DNA of 64,000 nt from a virus, in the IMG/VR virus record IMGVR_UViG_3300032323_002843, positions 23,909-87,908 of that record; one strand, given 5' to 3'. Below, piece by piece: positions 18,245 to 27,408 of this stretch. Below the pieces are notes generated by a model. The model ran no database searches, was not told the origin of the DNA, and worked only from the letters and a program-made list of their open reading frames with translations. The number at the start of each line of letters is the position of its first letter. Position 1 is the stretch's first letter. Position numbers and translations under genes: made by a program.

Positions 18245-20891
18245 TTTTTTCGTTTATATGTTTACGAAGTAGTTGTTTAAATTCTGTTATATGTGTGGGA
18301 TTAGCACCTAAATATTCATTTACAAGATAATTATGAACTTCTGCTAAACCACGTTGTTGTAATACGTTTAATAAATCTGATGGGGAATTTAATGATAATG
18401 CATTATTACCACTAGCGTTACCGGTTAATACGTAATTACTATTACCTGGTTGGACATTAATAGATGCTATAATTTGTTGGTTAGCCAATCTAATAATATA
18501 AATCTTACTACCACTAGGAAGAGACATAACTCTACCTACACGACCTGCTGTTCCTAATAAATTATTACGACGAGCTGCTCCTCTATCACCATTTGGATCA
18601 ACACGAGAGGCATTAGTAACATTTAATCTTCTCATAATTGCTCTTGGTAAGCGTAAGAATGCTACATCTAATCCAGTTTCATCCATTACTTCACGAACGT
18701 TAATATCACCTGCTGCTGCTGGAGCTGCTGCAGGACGAGGAGCATTTGGTTGACCTGCTGGTCTTCCTCTTCTACCAGTTGTAGGAGCAGCTGTAGCAGC
18801 AACTTGACCACCTAATAATTGTCTTGCTAATGCAGTTGGTACATTTGCTTTAACTAATTTACCAGATTGATCAGATATTTTAAAGCTTTCTCTTGGATTT
18901 GCTGTATTAATAAGTAAAGCTGTATCACCATTCATAGCTGGTTTTAATTGACTATCTGCTGTTACTGGTGGGTTATTAGCTATAAAAGCTTTTTTAGAAG
19001 TTGCCATCATTGAATAGCCTTGACTACTTAATAGTGTTTTTAAACCATTAGAATCAAATGCTTGGTTTGTATTTCTTAAATAATCAAAATACGATGCCCA
19101 TTGACTAGCATCTAAGTTATTACTAGTATCTCTACCTCTCCAATCACCTCCTCTTCCACCATAACCATAATCAACAAGTGTTCTTTGTTGACGAGGATCA
19201 ATTGTAGAAGGCATTAAAAAGAATTCTGATCTTGATGTTCCTCCATCTGAAGTTAATACTACTGCTGAGGTTTCCCCTATTTGTACTATTCTTTGATTAT
19301 AAGGAATAGCATTAACAACAGACGTTAGTGCTTCTTTATCTATAGTTACAGGAATATTTTCTTTTGTTTTAAATACATTTAATGCATTTTGTTGGAATGA
19401 TTCATTATCTTTAGAATCAACAAATACTTGTTGTACCTCTTCATTATCAAATGGAACCGATGTTATTTTACCATTTTTATCTATTTTATATGAAGAGAAT
19501 GAATTTGAGTCTAATATAATTTCTCCATCTTCTATTGGTTTAACTATTAGTGCAGAATTAGGATCATTTTTAGCATTATCTAATACTCTTGTAATTAAAT
19601 CTTTATCAATTACTTCGTCTTGAGATAATTTAAGTAAATTCTTTAACGGAATTTTGTCTAGTTCTGGAAAGTCTAGTAAATATTTTGATGTGCGCTTATT
19701 TAATTTAATATCAGGGAAGTCATCTTCTGCTTGATATAATCCTACTTTTATATCATCACCTAATTTTAGTTTTACAATAGTAGAACCATCTTTAGTAACA
19801 TATAGTCGTTCTGCTGATGGGACATCCCATTTATTAGATTTAACTAAGAATTTTTTAACTTCAAAAGGAATTATATCTGTAAGTAGATATTTTAGTTCAA
19901 TTTTGTCTCTCATATTTGCTATGATTGACTTAACATCTTGATTTGAAAATTTCTCTAAGTTTTTAACTAATATTAAACTACTTACAATACCAGCATTAGT
20001 AGCAATAAAATTAGCAATCTGAGGGTATTTGGGTAGATATTTTTCTACAAACTCATCATTTTCTATATCTTTAAATAAATCCCCTCTATCTTTTCTAACA
20101 ACTAAATATTGTTTTTTAGTTTCAAACGGAAATTTAGTCCACTCTCTAATAGTAACAGCTTCGCGTTTATATTGTTGGTTGACTTTCTCTTTTGTAGATA
20201 AAGGAATATATTTAAATATGTTTTGTAAACCTCTAACTGATGGGAAATTTTGTTCAATAAAACTCCATGGTTCCCATCTACTCCACTCTGTAGCTCTACC
20301 ACCAACATCGTTATTTGATCTGTCTGATGCTTTGTAAGTATTATCACTACCAACAACAACAACAAAGAAACTTTTACGATCACTATCAGGTAAATTTGTA
20401 TCTCTTACGAGATAAAATGTTGGATTTTTTCTATCAGAATCATAACGATAATTACCAAATGAGGTTTTAGTAATACACCAAGATTCTCCCCTACCAAAAT
20501 TTAAACAGTTTTCCTCTTTAGAACCATTATATATAATTAAACCATTTTCATTGTAAACAACGTCTGGTGTAATATCATATTCTTCTACAGGTTCTTCAAC
20601 ACCTTTAGCTGATGTAACTATTTTAATTAGTTGAGATAAAGGAACTATAACTTCATATTTACCACCAACTTGTTTTACTAAATCTGTTCCTCCTTTAGAA
20701 ATAATACCTGGTTTGATTTTGTCAAAACGATCAACATATGCTTTTAACTGGCTATCAGTAATGTTAATATTCAAATCATCAGCTTCTTGTTTATAGTGCT
20801 GGATGATTTGGTCTAATAATGCTTGTTTATATTCATTCAAAGGAAATGAACTATGAACTACATGTAATATAAATTTATCTATTGGTCTCAT
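18231..20891 (-). CDS. Large hypothetical protein, probable ejected head protein (WCIT motif, AT-hook)
   Basis: 886 aa; PLNE site near the N-terminus; GRGESWCIT; GRRGRP. Confidence 0.7.
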   Translation of the reverse strand: MRPIDKFILHVVHSSFPLNEYKQALLDQIIQHYKQEADDLNINITDSQLKAYVDRFDKIKPGIISKGGTDLVKQVGGKYEVIVPLSQLIKIVTSAKGVEEPVEEYDITPDVVYNENGLIIYNGSKEENCLNFGRGESWCITKTSFGNYRYDSDRKNPTFYLVRDTNLPDSDRKSFFVVVVGSDNTYKASDRSNNDVGGRATEWSRWEPWSFIEQNFPSVRGLQNIFKYIPLSTKEKVNQQYKREAVTIREWTKFPFETKKQYLVVRKDRGDLFKDIENDEFVEKYLPKYPQIANFIATNAGIVSSLILVKNLEKFSNQDVKSIIANMRDKIELKYLLTDIIPFEVKKFLVKSNKWDVPSAERLYVTKDGSTIVKLKLGDDIKVGLYQAEDDFPDIKLNKRTSKYLLDFPELDKIPLKNLLKLSQDEVIDKDLITRVLDNAKNDPNSALIVKPIEDGEIILDSNSFSSYKIDKNGKITSVPFDNEEVQQVFVDSKDNESFQQNALNVFKTKENIPVTIDKEALTSVVNAIPYNQRIVQIGETSAVVLTSDGGTSRSEFFLMPSTIDPRQQRTLVDYGYGGRGGDWRGRDTSNNLDASQWASYFDYLRNTNQAFDSNGLKTLLSSQGYSMMATSKKAFIANNPPVTADSQLKPAMNGDTALLINTANPRESFKISDQSGKLVKANVPTALARQLLGGQVAATAAPTTGRRGRPAGQPNAPRPAAAPAAAGDINVREVMDETGLDVAFLRLPRAIMRRLNVTNASRVDPNGDRGAARRNNLLGTAGRVGRVMSLPSGSKIYIIRLANQQIIASINVQPGNSNYVLTGNASGNNALSLNSPSDLLNVLQQRGLAEVHNYLVNEYLGANPTHITEFKQLLRKHINEKNEQK

Positions 20892-21394
20892 TACTTATTC
20901 AACTTTACTTTTGCTTTCTTAGTATTAGGCACAAATTGTTTGTTTGATGCTGCTTTTTTCTTTGAGGTAGCAGCGCGCTCAGCTTTAGTTAAACTATTTG
21001 CTTTAGCACGAGGTAAACAACGAGTTGTTTTATTACCTTTTTTCATTGTACCACAAGGTCCAGTTATGTTGCCTGCTGTATCAATACGAACCCAATCTTC
21101 TTTTTTAAACCAATCACGAAGTGATTCATTTAAACTATTATCGTGTCCACATTTATGACAAAGATATGGATCATCACCACCCTTCTCTAAATCCCACTCC
21201 CAACCACAATTTTCACATTTAACTTCGTCTTCATCACCTTCCATTAATCCTTTACACACTTTAACAGCACGACCAGAAAGGTAAGCTGATGGTTTTTCAC
21301 CAGCAGCTCTACGACGATTGTAATAAGCTTTGCCTTTAGGACATAACTTTTTTTCAGCTATTATGTCTTGTAATATTTCGGTCAGTTTAATCAT
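20891..21394 (-). CDS. MIKL-tagged basic modular protein with a zinc ribbon
   Basis: MIKLTEILQDIIAE; CENC...CHKC; LNESLRDWFKKEDW...RCLP. Confidence 0.7.
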   Translation of the reverse strand: MIKLTEILQDIIAEKKLCPKGKAYYNRRRAAGEKPSAYLSGRAVKVCKGLMEGDEDEVKCENCGWEWDLEKGGDDPYLCHKCGHDNSLNESLRDWFKKEDWVRIDTAGNITGPCGTMKKGNKTTRCLPRAKANSLTKAERAATSKKKAASNKQFVPNTKKAKVKLNK

Positions 21395-21399
21395 GTCTT

Positions 21400-22053
21400 T
21401 TATTTATTATAATCCCAATTAGTATCAGATGGACGCCATTTACTAAAATCTTCTGATTTCCAAATTTTAGTAGAATATTTAAAATATGGTTTTTCAGTTA
21501 TATCATTAGTTCTACTTGGTTGATACCATTTAGTTCTATTGTTTGGCTGAGCACATATTTGTCCATTATCTAATTTTGATACATTATAACACTTATGTTC
21601 ATTTGGTGTTTCACTCCAACCACAATCTATTTCATTTGGGTCAGAATGTGCTGTATCAATTGTAAATAAATATTCACCTTCCATAACGGATTGGTCTTTC
21701 ATCGTAGTATACGTTTTAACACCTCTTAACACTCTCTTTTCAATTACTGATATATTGTACGATAAACAATCCCAAAGCTGTAGGAAATCTAATGGAAACA
21801 CTTTATCTGTTGATTTTAGTGGTCTCCAACGAAACGCATGAATTGGTAATTTATCATATACAGCACCAAAGGTATCAATATATGTTTCAAATAACAATGC
21901 ACGGTTGGGGATAGATTTTACACTAACCCAATGTCCTTTTTCCCACTCACCATCTCCTAATAATTTACCTTTTTCGTCTTTTTGAAAATCATATAAAAAA
22001 CGTTTATCAATATAAACCTCGATTGGTGGTATATTTGCTACTAAATAAGCCAT
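21400..22053 (-). CDS. Conserved phage hypothetical protein
   Basis: MAYLVANIPP...GAVYDKLPIHAF...LQLWDCLS...AQPNNR. Confidence 0.75.
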   Translation of the reverse strand: MAYLVANIPPIEVYIDKRFLYDFQKDEKGKLLGDGEWEKGHWVSVKSIPNRALLFETYIDTFGAVYDKLPIHAFRWRPLKSTDKVFPLDFLQLWDCLSYNISVIEKRVLRGVKTYTTMKDQSVMEGEYLFTIDTAHSDPNEIDCGWSETPNEHKCYNVSKLDNGQICAQPNNRTKWYQPSRTNDITEKPYFKYSTKIWKSEDFSKWRPSDTNWDYNK

Positions 22054-22370
22054 TACTTATTTCTTATTAATAATTCACCTAATACCTCTAAACGACCAAC
22101 TTCACGTTGAAATTCGGTTTGAGTCATGTTTAATGATATCTTTTTATATGTTTGTTCAAATTCTTTTTTAGCCGCTTCTTTATCGAATTTACCTTCAGCT
22201 GCTTTTTTATAGTACGGAGCCTTAACTTTAAAATGATGCCATGTTAATAGAGATAATCCGCCTTTTTCTTCAGCGGTAGCAGCAATTTTAGCAGCACCTT
22301 TACCACGAACAGTAGCAAAATTTTCAAATGTTTCTTTTACTTCTTTTAATATATCTGATAGTTTAATCAT
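22053..22370 (-). CDS. MIKL-tagged hypothetical protein (start revised)
   Basis: ATG at 22370 gives MIKLSDILKEVKE. Confidence 0.7.
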   Translation of the reverse strand: MIKLSDILKEVKETFENFATVRGKGAAKIAATAEEKGGLSLLTWHHFKVKAPYYKKAAEGKFDKEAAKKEFEQTYKKISLNMTQTEFQREVGRLEVLGELLIRNK

Positions 22371-22371
22371 A

Positions 22372-22752
22372 TTACCATTTTCTACAAGACCAGTATCTAG
22401 CTTTAGTACGTGGTCCTGGGTTAGCACAATTATGTCTTGCTCTGAAGGCAGCGCGGCGTTTAGGGTTATTTTTCTTAATATTCATTCCCTTAGCACCAAA
22501 GTTAACTTTTACAACTTTACCAGTTTTAGGGTTTTTAACATACACCTTAAATTTCTTACTGTCACCGCGCATTGGCTTACCTAATGGTACAGTGCGACCT
22601 TGATACTTAGCTTCAAGTAAACAGTCACAATCAGCTTCGTTAAGTTCTTGTTGATACGACTCCATGAACTCAACAAATTCTTTTATGTCTTGTTCATTCT
22701 CAACGTCGTATTCTAATATTTCTTCTTCTAGAAGTTCTAATAATTTAATCAT
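22372..22752 (-). CDS. MIKL-tagged basic protein
   Basis: Acidic leader to LLE, then KKFKVYVK...KVNFG...FRARHNC...ARYWSCRKW. Confidence 0.75.
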   Translation of the reverse strand: MIKLLELLEEEILEYDVENEQDIKEFVEFMESYQQELNEADCDCLLEAKYQGRTVPLGKPMRGDSKKFKVYVKNPKTGKVVKVNFGAKGMNIKKNNPKRRAAFRARHNCANPGPRTKARYWSCRKW

Positions 22753-23033
22753 ATACTTCCTGTACGTTTATCTGTTAGGTATTTAATTTCGGTACGTAAT
22801 GCTGCCACTTCAGCTACTAATTCTAATATCTGTGCACGCATTTCATCTTTTTCTTTTGATGATTCAGCAAGTAATGCTTCTAATTTAGATATACGATCTT
22901 TGCAATCATGACGAATAAAATCTTCGTCACGTTCTTTGCGCATTGATTTTTTTTCATAGAATCGGAAAGCAGCGGCACTACCAAGAACGGTAATGGCTGT
23001 CATTAGAACTGTGTATATATTATCGGCATTCAT
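22749..23033 (-). CDS. Holin-like single-TM coiled-coil protein
   Basis: N-terminal TM then coiled coil; late motif at 23056-23063. Confidence 0.5.
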   Translation of the reverse strand: MNADNIYTVLMTAITVLGSAAAFRFYEKKSMRKERDEDFIRHDCKDRISKLEALLAESSKEKDEMRAQILELVAEVAALRTEIKYLTDKRTGSI

Positions 23034-23062
23034 TTGCTGTACAAGATGATTACCAATAAATA

Positions 23063-23644
23063 TTAAGAAGCAATAGTGTCCTTTAATTCTTGAATGTGAT
23101 CCTGTACCTCTTTGGTGAATTTCTCTTTATCAACACCTTTACCTTTCCATGTTTCTATATCACCCTGTTCAGTTACGAATTGATCATCAACTTCACTATT
23201 AAAGTCAATTAAAGCATCTTCAAGATCTTTAATATATTGCTTAACACCACCACCAATAAGGTTTTTAGCGTATTCTTCAAATCTGCCCTGGCGTTTTAAT
23301 TCAGTCTCATAAGCAATAACACAATCAAAACATTTACTATGGATGGGCCACATTTTTTTATTTAATGTGTTATTTTTCATTGCTTTACCACAACTAGGAC
23401 ATGCAATGGGTAAATTTATAACTTTTTTTAATTCATCAAAACGTGTTACTGTTTGTTTAATACCGTTTTTGATAGTCCATTTCTTACCATTCTCTTCCCA
23501 TACATCACCTTCATTATGTTCTATTTGTGCTTTAGTATAACCTACCTGAGTAACGGTTTTAGCAGTATAATCTTTTTGAATAATATTACGCATTCGCTGA
23601 ACATCACGTTCGCGAAATTCGCGTTTTAGCATATTGTCGCTCAT
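23063..23644 (-). CDS. Conserved hypothetical protein with a zinc finger
   Basis: GDVWEENGKKWTIKNGIKQ; CPSC...HSKCFDC. Confidence 0.7.
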   Translation of the reverse strand: MSDNMLKREFRERDVQRMRNIIQKDYTAKTVTQVGYTKAQIEHNEGDVWEENGKKWTIKNGIKQTVTRFDELKKVINLPIACPSCGKAMKNNTLNKKMWPIHSKCFDCVIAYETELKRQGRFEEYAKNLIGGGVKQYIKDLEDALIDFNSEVDDQFVTEQGDIETWKGKGVDKEKFTKEVQDHIQELKDTIAS

Positions 23645-24111
23645 TATAAACCTAATTCTTTAAGTTGCTTAATTGTATTAGCTGCTGATGTGTGTAATAT
23701 TCCTATACCACCCTTATCATTCCATTCTTGGATAGTATTAGGTAAATCATCAATTAGAATTCTATTTTCACCTGAGAATAATTGCTTTTGTGCTCTCGGA
23801 TAGAAATAGGCGTTTTTATAGCTATTTTGTAGGTGCATTTTTAACCAAGCATCTTTACCAACACGAGATGTTTGGCTGCGAGATGGTGATGATAAAATAT
23901 ATGGTTTATACTTTTTAATATAACGCCATAATTCTTGTCCATCAGGCATCCAGGGCAAATTAGCCCAAAATGATGGACCTTCAGCATCTATAGGTTCCCA
24001 AAAAGCATTATCGCCTTTAGCAAATTGTTTTGTATGAACGCCTGTTGCGTCATAATAACCTTTTTCAAAATCGACAAGGACACCGTCCATGTCACAAAAA
24101 ATTTTATACAT
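23644..24111 (-). CDS. HAD-family 5'(3')-deoxyribonucleotidase (NT5C-like)
   Basis: FCDMDGVLVDF, LPWMPDG, ILIDD, W...GGIGILH. Confidence 0.88.
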   Translation of the reverse strand: MYKIFCDMDGVLVDFEKGYYDATGVHTKQFAKGDNAFWEPIDAEGPSFWANLPWMPDGQELWRYIKKYKPYILSSPSRSQTSRVGKDAWLKMHLQNSYKNAYFYPRAQKQLFSGENRILIDDLPNTIQEWNDKGGIGILHTSAANTIKQLKELGL

Positions 24112-24113
24112 AA

Positions 24114-25379
24114 CTATTGATATATTTCTTCGTGTTGTTTACCAAAATCTCTTAATAATACTCCTGCTTTAGCGTTTGCTTCATTTTCAATGTCACTTCC
24201 GGTTTTACCACTTTCGTAGCTAATACGGCCATCTTCGTCTTGTTTACGGTGTACTAATTCATGTGCTAATGTTCTTAATATATCACCCATGTTTCTGTTT
24301 CCGCAATACACCCATATTTTATTGCTATTCGGATCAAAATATCCAAAACTCCTCATTTCCTTCGCTTTAGCAGTATCATATGATAGAGCTAAGTTACGGG
24401 GAGGATTTTGAATTTCCAAGTTTTTAATAGCATACTTTATAAATTCACCAATGGTTGCAGTTTCGCTTTCGTTTAACTTACCTTCCATTAATTTGGTTTG
24501 TTTAGGTTGACCTAAATTTAATGTTGCCATTAGTACTTTAGCTATTTTACCTGCTTTACGTAAAGTCTGGCCACCTTTAACTAAATGGTATTTGTCTTTA
24601 TCGTAATTTAATATTAATGGTATTTCGCCATCACTATTTTCTTCTTTATTTTCTAGTTTATCTAAAATATCCTTAGATAATACAATCATATTTCCAGCAA
24701 CAAAGGCATATAATACATCAGGAATAGGTACATTAAATTTATCTGCTGCTATTTCTATTTCGTGTCTTGCTTTATCAACGATAGCTTGATAAGCATCATC
24801 TACATTTTGATATTTTCTTTCTTCTAATGAAATTTCTTCACCTTTATCTTCTGCAGGTGGTAATTTTTTACCAATTGTATTTGCAAAATCAGTTAAATTA
24901 ATTCCATCAGGTATAAATTGAGCAATAGCATCTGCATTATTTGATTGAATAGCATTTCTTAATCCTGTAGCATTTACAGCATCAACAGTACCTGCATCAA
25001 ATACTTTTGCATTTGGATAATCCATACGTTTAAAACGGCTAGCATCATCTTTACCAAATGCAACTATAAAATTAGTATCAGGATTTTCTTTAACTAAATT
25101 ATAAGTTTCTCTAACAGGATTTTCTAAAGCAACTCTTATTTCAACATTGTTATCTAAAAGTGTTTTATATAATTCCCATACAGCAACACTTTCATCTGCA
25201 GTTACACCTTCACGAGTTTTAGGTGATACTAACACAACTACCTGATCAGCATTTTGTAATAGTTTTTTAACTACTTCAAAGTGACCCCTGTGTGGTGGTT
25301 TAAAAGCACCTGGGAAGACAGCTATTGTTTGCTTGTCTTGTTCAAGTAATGTGTTTGCTATGTATTGTCCTAAATTCAT
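24114..25379 (-). CDS. HxGH nucleotidyltransferase (cytidyltransferase-like) fused to a C-terminal zincin-like domain
   Basis: FPGAFKPPHRGH, NATGLR; C-terminal RTLAHELVH...ENEANA. Confidence 0.8.
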   Translation of the reverse strand: MNLGQYIANTLLEQDKQTIAVFPGAFKPPHRGHFEVVKKLLQNADQVVVLVSPKTREGVTADESVAVWELYKTLLDNNVEIRVALENPVRETYNLVKENPDTNFIVAFGKDDASRFKRMDYPNAKVFDAGTVDAVNATGLRNAIQSNNADAIAQFIPDGINLTDFANTIGKKLPPAEDKGEEISLEERKYQNVDDAYQAIVDKARHEIEIAADKFNVPIPDVLYAFVAGNMIVLSKDILDKLENKEENSDGEIPLILNYDKDKYHLVKGGQTLRKAGKIAKVLMATLNLGQPKQTKLMEGKLNESETATIGEFIKYAIKNLEIQNPPRNLALSYDTAKAKEMRSFGYFDPNSNKIWVYCGNRNMGDILRTLAHELVHRKQDEDGRISYESGKTGSDIENEANAKAGVLLRDFGKQHEEIYQ

Positions 25380-26143
25380 TTTAAAAAGCTATTTACTTTA
25401 TTTTTAGCATCATCTGTAGATGAAAACTCTGGAGTAGATTGGATTAATTGCTGAATACTGCTATTTAGAGCTTCAATTTCAGCTTTCTTTTTAGCTAATT
25501 CATCTGGTGTGTATTCTTTACCACTACCTTTAACTGTTTTAAAGAATCTTTCTTTTGCAATAGCAGGATCATATTCTAATTTACCTTTAGGATCATTATT
25601 AATTAATACGAATTTATTACCAAACGCTTGTTCGTATGTACCAATATTACTATTTACACCAGCCCATGTTTTTAAAACAATAGATGGTGGTAATGAACGA
25701 CCTCCAGCTTTATCACGATCAGCATTACGTTGTAATGATGTGTAAGGTGAAACCCAAATCATGACCATCATTGTATCGTAGCCTAATTTTTCTAATTCGT
25801 CTTTTTTCTTTAATAAAGGTTTACTAGCAGCACCAGTACCATCAATAACAATGTTTTGTTTAGCAGCGGATAACTGTGCATATTTTTCTTTAGTAGCTTT
25901 TTGAGCTTGACCCATTAATTTGCCTGCTTGCGATAATTGATCCTGATCGAAATCTGCGACTTTTAAACCTAAACCTGCTGCTTTAAGTAATTCTTCATAG
26001 GTGTCATCGACATTAATTACAGTCAAATTTTTCGGTATTAATTGAGCAGAAGTGAATGTCTTACCAGATCCAGCAGGACCAGCCAGGAATATAGCTTTTG
26101 GTTTGGATTGTATTTCTTTTAATAAATCTAGTAACTTGATCAT
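25376..26143 (-). CDS. MIKL-tagged P-loop kinase (zeta-toxin/AAA_33-like; start revised)
   Basis: MIKLLDLLKE; AGPAGSGKT; NVDD; VIDGTG; RNADR. Confidence 0.8.
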   Translation of the reverse strand: MIKLLDLLKEIQSKPKAIFLAGPAGSGKTFTSAQLIPKNLTVINVDDTYEELLKAAGLGLKVADFDQDQLSQAGKLMGQAQKATKEKYAQLSAAKQNIVIDGTGAASKPLLKKKDELEKLGYDTMMVMIWVSPYTSLQRNADRDKAGGRSLPPSIVLKTWAGVNSNIGTYEQAFGNKFVLINNDPKGKLEYDPAIAKERFFKTVKGSGKEYTPDELAKKKAEIEALNSSIQQLIQSTPEFSSTDDAKNKVNSFLK

Positions 26144-26205
26144 ATGTGAATATAAATAGGTGACCTGGACGAGCCAAGCCACCTATAAATATTTGTAGTT
26201 TTTAA

Positions 26206-27408
26206 TTATTGTCCCTTAACTGGGAAACGTGTCCATCCATTTATCCATGTTGGTTTAGATATAGTTTCCATTTCAGCTTTAGTATAGCTTACTTCTTTGT
26301 TACCTTGTGATAATGCTTTTATTTTTATATCAGCAGCGGTAAACACTGTAGATGTAGATCTAAAGTTTAATAATGGGTCGAATGACTGTACTTCATTATT
26401 TTCAAACTTACTAATACCATCTTTATAAGCTTGTGCTGTTTCATTTGATTCAATACTAAATCCACCTTTTTGATATCCTAATATTTTAGAATTAGTCATT
26501 GTAAACTGTGTTGCACGTCTCCATCTTAAACCTAGATTGTGGTTTGCTAATGAAGCAGCATCAAATGGTCCAATCAGTACCATACTATTTAATTTAGGAT
26601 GTGTAAATGGTTGAGCGGTTGAGCCTGTACCATCATTATCACATTCTATACCATTTCCAGCATCACCATTATCTACAAATTGTGGATCACGTTTTGAGAT
26701 ACTGTTTGTTATAGTTCCAGTATAACCAAAATCAAAATCATAATCATCATCTGCAGTAGCAAAAGCATATAAATTTTTAGCATTTACAGTACCACCAAAA
26801 AATTCAAACGCATCATCGTTAGCATAAATAGTTTGAACATTCTCAATAATTGTTCCACTACCAACACCACCTAATGTTAATGCATTGATTTCGGAGTTTG
26901 GCATTGCTGCAATTCCAGCATATTCAATACGAATAAATTTTAAAACACCACTATTATCTAAATCATTAGTACCACCATAAGGACGACCAATACCACCTTC
27001 GATAGTTGGTTCTGATGATCTGTTGGTTTTAGCACGGCCTAAAATTACAATACCACCCCAATCGCCAGGAGACCTCTCGCCGACGTTTTTGCCTGAGGTG
27101 AATATAATTGGTTTTGTAGCTGTACCTTCAGCTATAATTTGAGCCCCTCTTTCAATACACAGGGCACCTTTTTCAGCAATATCACTTATAATAGTGGTAC
27201 CTGGTTGGATGATAAGTTTAGCACCATCAGTTATGTAAACATATCCTTTTAAAGTCCATGTTTTGTCTGATGTTAATGTAATTGTTGTGTTAATGTTACC
27301 GCTTAATGTTGTTGATGTAGGGACATTAATTGGTCCTTCACCTCCACCTAATTCTTTTTTGCAGGAAAATAGTCCAATGATAGCTAATAGTGTTAATAGC
27401 TTTTTCAT
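26206..27408 (-). CDS. Bacteroidota-type surface lipoprotein, beta-helix-like
   Basis: Lipobox LFSC followed by KKE; GDWGGIVILG, IRIEYAG, DDAFEFFGGTVN and NGIECDN motifs. Confidence 0.85.
   Translation of the reverse strand: MKKLLTLLAIIGLFSCKKELGGGEGPINVPTSTTLSGNINTTITLTSDKTWTLKGYVYITDGAKLIIQPGTTIISDIAEKGALCIERGAQIIAEGTATKPIIFTSGKNVGERSPGDWGGIVILGRAKTNRSSEPTIEGGIGRPYGGTNDLDNSGVLKFIRIEYAGIAAMPNSEINALTLGGVGSGTIIENVQTIYANDDAFEFFGGTVNAKNLYAFATADDDYDFDFGYTGTITNSISKRDPQFVDNGDAGNGIECDNDGTGSTAQPFTHPKLNSMVLIGPFDAASLANHNLGLRWRRATQFTMTNSKILGYQKGGFSIESNETAQAYKDGISKFENNEVQSFDPLLNFRSTSTVFTAADIKIKALSQGNKEVSYTKAEMETISKPTWINGWTRFPVKGQ

Noticed and set aside
25376-26143. Zeta toxin-antitoxin pair
   Set aside because: No adjacent antitoxin; the protein carries the virion tag instead
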